A stretch of 59,235 nucleotides of DNA, the filler included, from Aplysia californica (taxonomy: Eukaryota), in the NCBI RefSeq assembly GCF_000002075.1. It is 2 parts of 2 records of this genome, joined end to end, with 100 filler letters (N's around TTAATTAATTAA, not from the genome) between each part and the next. Parts side by side here need not be neighbours in the genome. Positions count along the whole stretch, not along the records: positions 1 to 29,534 come from NW_004798213.1; 1 more part is not named here. One strand, written 5' to 3'. The position numbers and the translations under genes were made by a program. Below, piece after piece: positions 1 to 12,822 of the stretch. The notes beneath the pieces were generated by a model, which ran no database searches, was not told the DNA's origin, and saw only the letters and a program-made list of their open reading frames with translations. Position 1 is the stretch's first letter; the number at the start of each line of letters is the position of its first letter.

Positions 1-1122
1 ACTGGTCCTATTGCATAAGTGAAGTCCTTTGGGGAAGAACAACTCAAACTACAGTAAACTTTGAGTAATGTTTTTTATCTCCATTTTTTAAACTTTTACA
101 TTCTCTTTAGCCTTTTTGAGGCTACTTAAGAGATTTTAAAATCAATAAAAATCATTTCTGCACAGCTGCTTGTATTAAAAACATTCCAGCAGATCATCAC
201 AATGTCTACACAAAAAAATACTATGATTTACTCTTACTTCTACAGAGAAAAAGGGTTGATGATTTCAACACAGAAATCCTGTTCTCAATTTTATTCTATT
301 CACACAAAGTTCATGGCACAAGCGAAAGTTGACCGACAATGAGACAGTAATGAATGGGTACCAAGGTGATGAAAAGCAGCCCACGACCACCTACAATATC
401 CCTCTTCAAAGCACTTTTATACCGATGCAAACCCATCAAACAAGGCAAAGAGACTGATAGAGAAAACAGAAACTAGCATACATCTGAAAAGACATGCAAG
501 AGATAATTAAAACTTTACTTTAGATTCACTTCTCAGCCCTGAAAATTAATTAAAAAATCAAACACATGTAAATTTCAAATGTGAACATACATGTACAACT
601 AAGAATCAACATTTGAGTCAAAATACAAAAGGTAATGACAGTGATGGGACTTGTATTCAGTAAAATGAATCCAAGGACAAGGAGAGACAGCTGAACATAA
701 AATCTGTCCTCAAAAGTTATGAAAGCTCACACATCAAAGTAAAGCATCTTTTTCTGTACAGACAAAAAATAGTATAATGTTCAATCTCTCTTAATAGATA
801 TATTACTAGATACTACCAAGTGAAGTTTGAAATCAGTTGTGAAATTCTTTTTTTTAAGGGAACTGACTCTCTTGAAGTCGTGCTGCTAATAAGTACAACA
901 AACATTTCCCTTCTGAATACATAGCCGCCAATCTTGTCTTCTAATGCCAAATGCTAACAGGTCAGGAGTTTCACTAACGAGTGTGCGGGGATGGGAATGT
1001 ACCTCACCCCAATCAGCCATCCTTCAACATGCACAAATTTACGAGAATGAATATGATATCGAGTCTATTCACACTATACATAGGACAATCGTTAAATGCT
1101 GGATACTATGTGGGGAATTTGT

Positions 1123-1234
1123 TTAGTCCATTCCTTCAAACTTTTTTCCAACGCTTAACGTAACTGTCGCGTTTCTGTCTTTGTTCAATTCATAGCTTCC
1201 AGCTGAAAGCCTCTCCTTCAACTTATTCAGGAGA
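1123..1234 (-). CDS. Candidate EF-hand-region exon of the PLC-gamma-like gene (LLNKLKERLSAGSYEL...GMD*)
   Basis: Strong pyrimidine tract ttttctctttccattcccag|. The phase-2 frame is open, and LKERLSAGSYEL resembles PLCG LKNMLSQVNYRV. It runs to TAA at 1123-1125 with no strong donor. Confidence 0.4.
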
Positions 1235-2849
1235 CTGGGAATGGAAAGAGAAAAGGGGGAGGAGGAGGCAGGAGGCAGGATGCAGGGAAGGGGTCGTGCG
1301 GATGCAGATTTTCTTTTTAATGGAAGGGGGGGGGGGAGGTGTACAGGAAAATCGCCTGTAGGGGAGGCTAGGGTGGAGAGTGATCAGGTATAGATATTGC
1401 TGCAGTTTACAGTGGATGCCAACATACCTTAAACAAGTTTGAAACCCCAAATATTATTGTGTAATGCATTTTTAAACTTTGTAATTTAGACAACCCGTGA
1501 ACTCAGGCAGTCTAAAGGCACAGTAACTCTATACGCATTACTGCCAAATCTAATATAAGGTATAAGGAGGGAAGCCAATTGAGGTGGATTAAAGATGGGT
1601 GATTTACCCTTCAAACAAATCTAAAAGTGAGGCATTTAGCATCCATTAACCACTAACAAAAGTAACAAGTTATTGTCTTTCATTTTCATCCATATTCATA
1701 TCAGTCGAACAAAGAATCATAATAATGTCATGTATATAAATTCACATAGAATACTGAACATCTCTGGAGACAGCATGAACGTACAACAGATCATACTTCT
1801 TTGACTCTCACAAAATGTATTTAAATATAGCCATACAAGTACAAAACAGTCACAAATATTTCTGAAAGAAAACATTTACTTTGAATTTTACAACACTGTA
1901 CTTAACAAACATATAAAATCCGTCTTAAAACAGGAATCTGAAATAGGAACAGGGAAAAGTTCAACAAGCAATCTAAAGCAAAACCAAGGTGGGTAAATGT
2001 CACACTTTTGCTTAAACTAATTATTTTTTTCAGATTCTGTTGAACTGAAGAGACATAAATCAACAAACTGTTCATTTAGGTTAACAAAATGAATACATTA
2101 ACATGACAGGGATCAATAAATGTTAAGGAAAAGAGGTAAGATAGACAGACAACGGAAGGCATAAAAAGATGCAGACCCTATAAATGGTGCCCCCTCCAAC
2201 TGCATACACTTTGTCATAAAAGATTGACACACGAGTAAACAAAGGCATCTTTTCAGGAAGACCATAGCAACACCTAACAACCACCCATGTCACCAGAAAG
2301 CAGATGCTGACCACAGCACCCTCATGAAGCAAAAACGTGCTCATGAGTAACAGGAAATAGTGGGCCAGATCTATAAACAATATTCTTCAACTGGCACAGG
2401 TAAGAACAATGGCCACTCTGACAAGTAGTACCCACAAAATGTGGCTGGTTCCACAGCATCATTAATGAACAAAAGAAACCCCCCCCAAAAAAAACTGTTT
2501 ATAAATATCTGTGCAGTCTAGTAAATATCTGTGCAGTCTAGTAAATCTTCAGAAACTTATTTGGATGTGAGTTACTGAATTTTATTAGCTCAGTTGTGTT
2601 AAGACAATCAGAACAGACCTACATAATGAGAAAACAATTGGCTTCAAATCTACCCCTCTGTGCATGGTAAAAACAAAACAGAGAAAGTAAGCATGAACTT
2701 AACAGGGTACAAAGGCTTGATAGCTCACAAATCACTGGCATAAAAATCCAAATTAAAAGGGAGCGAAAATAGCGTAGCAGTGTGATGAAAACTAAGACAA
2801 AAAAATGTTTGCTTACCTCATCAACATGAGGCAATAGGAACACACTTAC

Positions 2850-2855
2850 CTCCTC
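2850..2855 (-). CDS. Candidate 6-nt microexon GAGGAG of the PLC-gamma-like gene
   Basis: gtgattttcag|GAGGAG|gtaagtgtg: consensus acceptor and donor, frame-preserving. Confidence 0.4.
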
Positions 2856-3959
2856 CTGAAAATCACTTTATTTCCATATTGTTTTCTTTGAAGGAGTAAG
2901 GAAATTTAATGTAACAATACCAAAAAGCTGGGTATCTGACAAATACCATCATATTTGAAGAGGATTTGTGGGCAGAGAAAGACAAGAGACTTAAACTTTT
3001 TTCCGTTTCCTCTCTGACTCATCCATATATAAGACAAAGGATGAAAATGGTTTGAAACTAAATAAATAACTTTTTAAAAAGCCTTTCTATCAATTTAGTC
3101 CCACCTAACCCAACCTGTTTCTATTAACTCATTGCATGCCATGGGTCTATCTATCAGCTCCGCCTCTTTCCCATTTTCTTTAGCTTTTCTTTCCACAAAA
3201 TTAATCAATCTTTGTAATTCATGTTTTTAACAGATCTGTTTACCATACATCTGTCAACCAGTTCAAAGGATGTTGAAAGTAAAAACAGTTTAACGCTTCC
3301 AAATCTAGTCAATACGACATCAAAACATTCTGCTTATGCGACAGATCCACAGCTTATGTCGTGAACATGTTTCTTTATGTGGTGCTGGTATATCTTATAA
3401 CCCACAAATGGATCATAATTGTACCAAAGCTGAAAAAGTGTTGGGCAAACTGATGGCTCCCTTGGACAAAAGACATATCTTTGCACATCATTTGAACTCC
3501 TCGGTTTCCCCTTCTGCAAAAGCAACATTTCACAAAGAACAGTCCTTGTAAAGCAGAGATATTTCCCTCAACAACTGAAAACTCTGACAATGGCTCACAA
3601 AGAAATGAAGTGCTTTATATCAACGGAGAACCAATATCTTGATATTGCTTTGAGGTACAAAAAACCCAAGAGGCTTTGTAGCCTTGTTTTGAGTAGAGCA
3701 TCTGAAGAGACCACCACTTTACCCAATGCAAGGGGAGACATTGCTAACTCATTTGCCACTGTTTTTATACGACCATAAAATGAACAGTTGTGATCGACTG
3801 AACCCAAATGTGTCAAACTATGGCATTTTCAACTGCAAAAACTGTACAGTGGAGGAAAAAGCTCTTTCTCTGGCTGTTGGAAGTGAGCCAGGTGAACAAC
3901 CATATTTTTTGCTGAGAGAGCCAAGGCATCAAAACCAAGCTGATGGACTTCAAAGTCCC

Positions 3960-4305
3960 AACTGCTCCAATTTCTGCCCCCACCCCCTCACCTCCTTTGC
4001 CCTTCCTCTGGGCTCCTGACTCTTTCTGCAGCCTTTCTACTGCTACTCCTTGGCTCCTTCTTACTGCTCTCTTTCAGCCACACCCCTGATCTTCTGGAAG
4101 GAAAGATCTACACCTAGCCTTCTCGGACAAGGGGGAAAAATTTTGGAGGTCTCGAGTGCAAGTTGCGCACGTTAAAGATCCTTTGGTGGTCTAAAATCGA
4201 TAAGAGTAGGCTTCGGCCACCACCTGAGCAAAAATCAAAATTTCCTACCCACTGAAAATGTTTGGGGTGTCCCACGCGCTCATGTGAACTTATGCAGTTG
4301 TTGAC
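3960..4305 (+). mobile_element. 5'-truncated copy of the 20731-21270 SINE
   Basis: Colinear match, e.g. ctgggctcctgactcttt, gatctacacctagcc, ggtggtctaaaatcgataagagtagg. Confidence 0.88.
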
Positions 4306-5058
4306 AGAGTACAGTAACAGTTTGAAGCACGAGTGCACAGTGCTATTTTTTAAATAGTGAATGAATACACCAAATTCTTACACCTTAGGAGTGTATGAGA
4401 AACTTTGCCTGGTTAGAGCAAATTGGATATACCATCTCAATATGACCAAGCTTTGAAGTGATGTAGCAGCAACACACTATGCAAAATGTAAGTTAAAATT
4501 TTGTGCTCGATTTTTTAAATTCCTTCCTCCTCCCCTCCCTTTTTCCTCCTCATGTTAATTTATCTCTCTTTTAGTCTGTATAAATGTTTTTTCTAAGTTT
4601 GCATTAGATTTCTTTGATTCTGCATTCATATAAGTCACAAAAAAAGGACAGGGGTACCTAAAAATTCTAAATCCAAGAAAATGCCTAGATCACAGCACTG
4701 AAAATGCCTTGGTAGGCAAAGAGTTTTGTAGAAACAAATGAACTGTTCTCCCTAGAGTAGTTTTTATACATACAGGAAGAGAAGTCAAAATAACATTTCT
4801 TCTTCAGCCACTCGAAACACCAATACATTTTGCCAGAGGTCATATTTCTAATGAAATATGCGATTTGTTCTAAATATAATAGTATTACTTGACCACTTGG
4901 AAAGTTTTTCTTCAGAAATTGCAAAAAAGTGTCTAAAACTGACTGAAGTAGGCCCTGAAAACTTAAAAACTTTGAACGACACTACATTGTGTATAATGTT
5001 ATAAAGGCATCAGTGATAGAAATCTTGCAAGTATTTATGGACATTATACACCACTTAC

Positions 5059-5130
5059 TTGTTTTCTTGTCTGGCTGCAGGAAGAGAGAACCTTGAAGCC
5101 TGAATTTTGTTAAATTCCTGCTGCAGCCAT
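5059..5130 (-). CDS. PLCG: PLC-gamma-like gene, exon 5 (WLQQEFNKIQASRFSLPAARQEN)
   Basis: gattttcag| acceptor, AA|gtaagt donor, 72 nt, phase 2 to 2. RWLQQEF resembles RWLRKQF at the PH/EF-hand junction. Confidence 0.82.
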
Positions 5131-5768
5131 CTGAAAATCATAGTAAATTTGCATTTTCTATTGAAGAACTTTGCAACTATTTACCATAAAAATTCACACA
5201 TGAAAATCCAATGGAAATATGGGCAGTACCAAACACATTTGAAAAACAGATAGAATCAACTTAGTATACCAGCTAGTACAAATTCAAACTGCATCTGCAA
5301 ATCTGTAGGAATAATTGCAAGCTCATTCCGTATGCAGAGGAGTAAAATAAAATCATAAACATGTGTCAAACTGTATCAACTCAACTCCTAAGACCAGCAT
5401 ATTTTGACTGCTTAGAGTAAGACTCTTCCATATGCTTTTCTTAGCAATTGATATGTGATTGTGCAGCATTTAGGGTGGAATTCCACACTCTGTTTTTGTG
5501 TCCGGCACAAGAGAAAAGAAAAGAGAGTAAGAAGAGGTGGGGATGGTGAGTGCAGAGACAAAACTGTAGTTGTTTCCCCGTCCCATCGGACAAGTCAGCT
5601 TTATCTCAACACTCATACCAGCTAGCTTGAGAACCAGTTTGACAAGACACAAAACTAACAAATGCTAGCTTGCCCACACAGTTTCAGAAAGACCAAAAGC
5701 TCCCAAGTCTTGAGATAAAAAGGAAAAGTAGCTATTTCTTAAATGCCACTAGACATCATAGTTGTTAA

Positions 5769-6008
5769 CCCTATCCTTATGTCATGTTCTACTATTGTGT
5801 CCATACGACGAGGGGAACTCTGTACCACCACTTTCCCAAGAGGAAATTTACTCGTTAATGCGATCCGTACGCTTTGCATAGCAGTCTGTCAAAATGATTT
5901 TTTGAGAAATACTGAAAATTTCAAAGAGATCTTCGCACTAGAAGTATTCTAAAATGTGAAGAATACAACCCCGGGGGTACAATATGACCCCAGGGCATAC
6001 GAATAGGG
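5769..6008. mobile_element. piggyBac-like non-autonomous element (MITE)
   Basis: TTAA|CCCTATCCTTATG ... CATACGAATAGGG|TTAA: TTAA TSD with CCCT-initial TIRs. An inverted partial copy lies at 17251-17410. Confidence 0.8.
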
Positions 6009-6679
6009 TTAAATCATGTGGACTGTTGCATACAGGCCAAAATACCAAACAGGAAAGGGAGAGGTACACCAATAAAGCCGTATTTTGACAACCCCCCAAC
6101 ACCCTTGACTAAACTCAAGGAACGAAGTACAAGGTTTTTCCTCAATGCAAATGACAGAAAGGAGTGGAGATGATTAACGAAGCACGCTCCAGGATGCTTA
6201 CAAGTAAAAGGCAATTGGCCAGCCTTGGCAAAGGTAGTATAGCCAGCCAGTCTTTCTCAATAATAAAAACTACCAACAGCATATTGGCAAGACGCTTATA
6301 TTTGTATCCTATACACACACAAAAAGTGTGTACCAATAACTCAATTGGAATCATGCTGGACTACAGGGCAGATTTCCCTGGTTTAAATCCCCTCATTTTG
6401 CCTGATCATATCAGAGATGGACATTGGAAATCAGAGGTTTTGCCTCTTAAATAATCTTGTAGTGCTTAAACAGGCATAAAACTCATGTCATACCATCAAC
6501 AAATTGTAAGCAAACCAGAGAGAACAACATACTGTGACAACCCCTGTTCAGGATGGGTCAAAAGTGCCTTTCTTAATTGTACCCGATCAGCCAATAATTT
6601 TTTTTTGCAGCAAGGAATGCATTTACCATACTCTAATATGCCTGTTCACGAGCAATGAAATTCAATAGGAACACCAAAC

Positions 6680-6773
6680 CTTTGTCTTCGGACAGGGTAG
6701 CTTTGGTTTTTCATTTCTGTGGTTGCAGCAGCCAGTGCAGCCTCAACAATGTCAAATGTTCCCTCATCCCTGG
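6680..6773 (-). CDS. PLCG: PLC-gamma-like gene, exon 4 (ARDEGTFDIVEAALAAATTEMKNQSYPVRRQR)
   Basis: ccaccttccag| acceptor, AG|gtttgg donor, 94 nt, phase 1 to 2. Aligns to ATSEDEVNMWIKGL...PLQIER. Confidence 0.85.
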
Positions 6774-8021
6774 CTGGAAGGTGGAAAGTAACATTTGTGA
6801 AATTATAAGAATCTTAAAATACCAGCGGAAATTGATCAAAGTCAAAGCCACACTCCTAGCCCTGTATCCACTCTGATGGTAGGCTGAAGAGCTCCAAACA
6901 TCTTTGCGATATTTGTTAATTTTAAAATTTACCATCTTGGACCCTCTCAGGAGCATACATGGTTGCATGCTGCTAATCTATCATTAACATGTCCCATTAC
7001 TGTTGAGGGAAAACAGGCTAAATAGTCTTAAATACTTTTCCAACGGGTGCTAAAACCTATAACATTCAGCCAGAAATCAAACTCACAGTTTTTGGCTATA
7101 AGATTTACTACTAAACCAAGACATGCGTTCAAATTCTACCATTTCTTCAACTGAGTTCCTGACAATCAACATTTAAAATTTGCACCCATCTTAGTCTGAT
7201 ATCAAGAGGCAAAGGTAAAAAAACATCTAACGAAGAAATAAAATACAGAAAAAAAAAGCACAGAAGTTATACTTACTAAGAAATAAATTATTATATGTAG
7301 TACTCCATGGTTAGAAACTACATCACATGAAATCATCTGAGAGAACTATTTGTCTGGAGAACTTTTAGCCTACATCAAAGCACTTCAGTATTATAGTTTA
7401 AAATGCACGTGAGCAAGTAAAGGAATTTTTCTTTCCAGGCTCACAAACCTTGTTTTGAATTAAAAGATTGACAACAGAAGAATTAATAATCTGACATTGC
7501 CAGATCATTTTCTGTCGATAGTTGAATCATAGTGTAACAGGTACTGAGAAATGCATGCCCAATGGGCAACTCTTCAGTAATAATAAGGCTCTTCACTGTT
7601 TAACGCAAAAGATGAGTTTTGTTCCAATGTGAGGAAGACTTTTATATTGAAACACTGTTTCTTTTCTTTTGGTGTGCTCTTTCTCACTCATCTCGGGCTA
7701 ACCCTGACAGGATCAGTAAAAGCAAGATCGGCTAAAACAGTCCATGTCCTAAATTTTCTAACTTGTGTTTATGAAGGTGTGTAAAACATTGCAATTAATT
7801 ACACAGTTTATGAAGGTGTGTAAAACATTGCAATTAATTACACATCTATGGCCTGAAATTTCTCAAAGAAACACTGTTCTATTTCAAACAAACAGAAGCA
7901 ATCATGTTTCATCATTTCTTTTTTCAAACACACAAGTACTTATATATTCGAACTAGGCCAATAGTTCTACACCCTGAGACATCTAGGTAAAAGAAAAACA
8001 AAAAAGAAAAAGAACACTCAC

Positions 8022-8168
8022 CACACACTGTAATACTTTGTAGGATGAAAGTGTTCCCATAGAGAATGGTAATACATCTGTCCAATCTCTGTCTGTGTAG
8101 GTCCTCAAAAGACCTAACTAGTCGGGTCCTTGAATCCGAGATCACTTCTTGTATCTGAGTCAGGTCCA
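8022..8168 (-). CDS. PLCG: PLC-gamma-like gene, exon 3; PH domain (VDLTQIQEVI...RCITILYGNTFILQSITVC)
   Basis: tcttctacag| acceptor, G|gtgagt donor, 147 nt, phase 1 to 1. Resembles PLCG IDIREIKEI...HCFVILYGMEFRLKTLSL. Confidence 0.88.
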
Positions 8169-9779
8169 CTGTAGAAGAGAACACAGAATTTAACTCCAGA
8201 TATCTTCGCCGTCGTGCACAAACCTTGTAAGCGACAGCATTTTTAAAATTTACTTTTTTGGCTTATAAGATTCTGTATAACATACAGTATGTCCCAGTCA
8301 AACGATATTTGACACAGGTGAAAAATAAGTACATGAAAACACAAATGAAAAAACCTCTGATCTCCAACAGCATGAAAGCCGTCGGGCAAAAAACTAGTAA
8401 AAGCCAGCGTAGCGCTTTGGAGTTTTGTGCCCGGCGGCCCTGCCTGCTCAGCTGTCACACCACGTCGCTTATGTTGAGTAATTGTAACAGCCTAACAATA
8501 GTTGTATTGCCCTACGGTCCATCTTGAGCAAACGTATTACCTCGGGTCTTTTTTGTTGTTTCACTTTGATTGATTTCATAGTGGATCTGAATCAAAGGTA
8601 ATAGTTTCGTTAGGATGCCTACAACGTTGCCCTTGGCGAAGGGACAGATTAGGTACTTATATGGTGGTTCACACTTAAAGCACGTTGTTCACTATTCAAA
8701 CTGAGCTCGGTCTTTTCCCCTAACATCAAAGTCAATACAATACATTGCAAGGAGCAGGAACATTTGAAAGCACCAAAACTAAAATATCATGCCTTGTGAT
8801 GCCCCATAAAACTTTAGAAGGTCTAAATCTGTGTATGGACATGGAAAACAGCCTTTCTGTCTGCGTACACCAATCACATTAACATCTAAATATGTTAGAT
8901 TTCCAAAAGTTTTCTTCCTGGTAACAACCAAAGCAACAAATTTTGCCGACACCTAAAGGCTTTTAACATGATGCTGTATAAGTTAGGTTTGTATGACCAT
9001 CAACAGGGCTGATGACCAAATTAAAATTTGTGTCTTGAAAAATCTGTATACGAGAAAACTCAAAAGTTCACTCATAAGATTATTGTCAAGCGAAAGGTGC
9101 ATTTGTTTTATTCTTCGCTTAAAAATGTTTCCTGTCAGCTGAAGCCCACGTTTAGTTCAGTTGTCCCTTTCGCAATCTGACAATAAATGTCCTCATCGCC
9201 AAGGCGGGAAATCTTCCCCTAAATCATTGCCGCTTAATGAAATATCAGGAAGTGCCATTGAAGACATCGCGGACAAGGTTTTCTTGCAAGAGACACCAGA
9301 ATTAGGTATTTCTGTGCCATGCTTTGACAAGTCGGGTTTTCCATTAGCTACTTTTCAATGCCCCGAAAAAATTGCCAGTAACCACATTTGACCTAATTCA
9401 ACCAATTTCAACCACTACTGGAGAGCTCCAGGCGCTGGCTTCTTGTCCCGCCCTTTCGGTTCCATCAAGTTCTCTTGATGCTACGTTGCAGTGAGACATC
9501 CCTGCAGTTCCAGCAGATCATGCTGATGTCACAACTGACGTTACTCCGGCTTCAGTTGTTGGCACTATATTCCCTTTGCATCACCTAGTGACACAGCTGA
9601 CATCCCCTCAGCATCGTTTAGTGACACTGCCCTTCTTGTGTCAGATGTTGGCACTATGGACTCAGCCAAAAACCAATCAGTATCAGCTGTTGGCATGGTC
9701 ATCTTTGCAGTGGGCATCGGGTACTGACAACAGTCTTGTAACTACCCGTGCCAACTGCAGAAGTACTTCCTGCCAATGA

Positions 9780-11220
9780 AGAATTAACTATCCTGACCCA
9801 AAAAGACAGGGGAAAAAAAGTGTTGAAAATTGGCAGAGAAGCGAACATTTCTCAGGGAGTCGGGGCAAAGTAATGTCTCTGCCAAGGGCGTCCAACGACC
9901 CGCATGCCAACTTCTGGAACCTTGCAACCCCACCGGCAAAGAGTTGGGGTGTAATTCTCTTTCAGACAAAGACAGAGCAGTGACCTTTGACTTTGTGTGG
10001 TCACTATCATAGGAAAATCAAAAAAGCGTACGTCGACTGTCTAGTTGACAGGGATGAAGAAGTGGAAAGCTTCAGAAGCATCCGAAAGGTCTATCTTCCT
10101 TGCTCATATCAGCTCTTCATAAAGGAAGGTGGAGTAATAGTTGTGTTTGCATGAAAATGTTCACCATTACTCTAGCTTTAGGGGACTGGATGATTCGAAA
10201 TTCCACCGATTCTTAAGGGTCAGATTCAGAGCTGCCCTCTTGTTTGAAATGATGAGAAAGTGTTCCTGTAGATGAATTCTTCAGAATATTATCGAAATTC
10301 CATCTTACTGTTGTCGAAAACCTCGGCAAAGTGTTACCAGGGGCCCCATTTTCATTCTCTGGTGGAGAACCGGTACTTGAAAAGGAGTGAGAAACTGGGC
10401 CGCGAGGGCCTGGGACTAACAGAGTTCAAAAAGTAGTTTCATAACCACAATTTGGCGTTGCATCATCCCCAAAAGGGCCTGTGTGATGTATGGGAGTCCC
10501 ACAGGGTTGGAAACATGAACAAAGAGATAATGGAACACCACGTGAGGCTGAAGTAGAGAGCCTTTTTCTGAGAAAGAGATGGACAACAAACTGTCTCTTG
10601 AAGGTTCAGTGAACTGAGTCAGGACTGTTGCCATTTGTATGAACTTGGAATCTGTGCTTCTTGCTCCTTCACTTCAGGCATCTGTCATCTACTGCTAGAC
10701 AGGGGAACATAAGTATCTAGTCAAAGGAACACTCACATGGACGTTGATTCCTACCATAGCCTGATAGAACGAGCATCAAAAGATGTTCCTATCTTCCTGC
10801 CAGCGACGTACATTAGCATTATGGGCAAAGCCTGGCGCAACCCCAGACTCTTTGAGGTCATTGTCAATACTGTGATAACACATTTTTTAAGGATGGTTCT
10901 AAATGCGGATCAATCAATAGTGAAAGAGGTGACCCACATATTGTAAACACTTGTTGTCTTAGGTATACGCCAGATCGAAACAGATCCTTCAAGTTGACCT
11001 TTTTTTTTTTAGTATTAGTAGAGGGTTTTACGGCGCTCGCAACTGCTAAGGTCATATGAGCACGCGGATGACCTTTGATGAGGGGTTTGAAGGATCATCC
11101 TCAAGAAAGGGAGTATGCAGAGGTAGCTAGTGAAAAAACCTGGAAGTCATAACACAGAGGCGTTGTAGATCATGGACGTGAAATTCAAACGCCTCCAAGG
11201 ACAAAAAGCCAATATCCCTA
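9780..11220 (-). mobile_element. Degenerate retrotransposon RT remnant, probably DIRS-like
   Basis: Frameshifted minus-strand translation at ~9950-10220 gives GG.FRII..., KIDLSDA..FHFFIPV, DSRR...FSYDSDH..KVTAL. This resembles the DIRS/LTR RT motifs R.I.D / DL.DAY.HIP / F...G..Y....LPFG. Boundaries are approximate. Confidence 0.4.
11000..11066 (-). mobile_element. Tail fragment of the same SINE (further tails at 25328-25388 + and 26777-26830 +)
   Basis: Shared tail gcgctcatatgaccttatgcagttgcgagcgccgtaaaac followed by an A-rich end. Confidence 0.75.
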
Positions 11221-11439
11221 AAGACTATTCTACAATAATATGTGAATTTAAATAATCATTTCAACTACATCTGAGAGAGAAAGGAGGAGAAGATTAAGAG
11301 AGAGTGACTGGCAGAGAGAGAGAAAGAGAGAGAGAGAAAGAAAGAGAGAGAAAGAATGAAAGAAAGAGATATGTGAGTGTGAGTGTGTGTGTGTGTGTTC
11401 TTTGAAAGGCCAGAAAACTGTAGAGAGAAGAGAACCAAC

Positions 11440-11590
11440 CTGTAATGAGGGGCTTTGAGCCAAGTGCTCTAAGACAGACCAGTTGGGCCAAGTCCTGCTG
11501 CAGGCACAGAGTCAAGTTCTCTGGGTGACGCTTGGCCGAAATCAGGGTGATCACTATACCTTGTTCCAGTTTCTGAATTGCATCTGTCAC
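11440..11590 (-). CDS. PLCG: PLC-gamma-like gene, exon 2; start of N-terminal PH domain (VTDAIQKLEQGIVITLISAKRHPENLTL...KPLIT)
   Basis: tttattttaag| acceptor, CAG|gttggt donor, phase 0 to 1. KLEQGIVITLISAKRHPE resembles PLCG1 LEVGTVMTLFYSKKSQRPE (recalled). Confidence 0.85.
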
Positions 11591-12681
11591 CTTAAAATAA
11601 AAAGGGGAGCGAGAATAAATTTTGTCTTACAGTGGCACTTTTATTTAAATACGATTTTCACTACAGGGAAGAAATTGGAGTTGTTGGTTTTTTTTAATGC
11701 ATGATAGCTACAGTTAGGGTAGCAAAATCGAGAGGACCATTTTTACTCTTTGTTCTGACAGTTTATTTGTTTGAGGAAAGAAAAGCACATCGACACAGTA
11801 ATGGTCTATTAGCGCTGTGAGAAAACTAGAAAGACAGATGGAAACAAGAGGGAAAGAAAAGATGCAGAACCTACCAGTGGATACCTCCATCTCCACCTCC
11901 ATTTTCCTCAGCCTAGCTCTACAGACAACAATATTGTAGAGGATGAAAAGTAAAATGTGTCTTAGAGTACAAATGGAGTGGCTTCATATTTCTCACACAA
12001 AAAACTAGACGATCCATTCAACCGGAACAGGCATACAGATGGGACTCCCTTCCCCTTCTTTTCAATTTCTCATTAAAACCCCTATACAGATTCACTGAGA
12101 TTGAGATTTAGTGCTGAAGTAATATTTTTCTTCATTATTCTTTTACAAGGCCATGTCAATGTTACAGCACAAAACATTAGTAACATTGAAAAAAGAGGGA
12201 TAACAAACATTTGAGAAAACTGAATAAGCTGATGCGCTTACTCAGCTTTTGAAACAGGGTTGATATGGCTATTTGTAATTACGATGAATATCCCCTTATT
12301 TCTTCAAGGGTACAATTCACAGTTTAAATCAAATAAGGAAGAGCTGAAAGAAGCTAGGTGGGACAGTCAAGTCACTATTAAACGCAATTACGAAAAGACA
12401 TCCAGTTTTTAGGACAATGGAATGTACATCTGACCTTGAACATCTTTCTCTCACTAGGCAAATAAAAGGCATAAGAGGCAGAGACAAACTAAGAACAACT
12501 TACTCTCATAGAACTCCAACAGATGGGTGATGTGAGAAGGCCAGGGTGAAATTATTTTTTTTTTGGAGAGCATCAGAGCAGACAAATGAGTCGTGAACCA
12601 TAAAGACTGATATTTGTTTCCATACTTTAGCACTCGACCAAAGAGAAGCACAAAAATTATAGTTGTATTTTTTTCACTCAC

Positions 12682-12822
12682 CGGAGACAACGGCGGTCCA
12701 TCACCAGAGAACCACTGAGGTTCGGAGACAAAACGTCTTGGTAAGGGGGACACAGGAGGTGTACTAACTGCAGCAAAACTTTTGCGCCCCATAAATGCTT
12801 GGCCATATTTAGACTCTGCCAT
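12682..12822 (-). CDS. PLCG: PLC-gamma-like gene, coding exon 1 (MAESKYGQAF...GDGPPLSP)
   Basis: Acceptor ctttgcag at 12927-12929; ATG in good context (agtATGG) at 12822; phase-0 donor CCG|gtgagt matches the next exon. Confidence 0.7.

Noticed and set aside
2177-2273. Additional PLCG-like exon (CCYGLPEKMPLF...TIYR)
   Set aside because: Phase-compatible, but the donor is weak (gtctgc) and there is no resemblance to the expected EF-hand sequence.
3300-3850. Cluster of overlapping short ORFs
   Set aside because: No splice-consistent frame or recognisable domain; possibly an old TE remnant.
7767-7843. Short perfect duplications (38 bp here; 20 bp at ~2503; 19 bp at ~50583)
   Set aside because: Ordinary slippage duplications or assembly artefacts.
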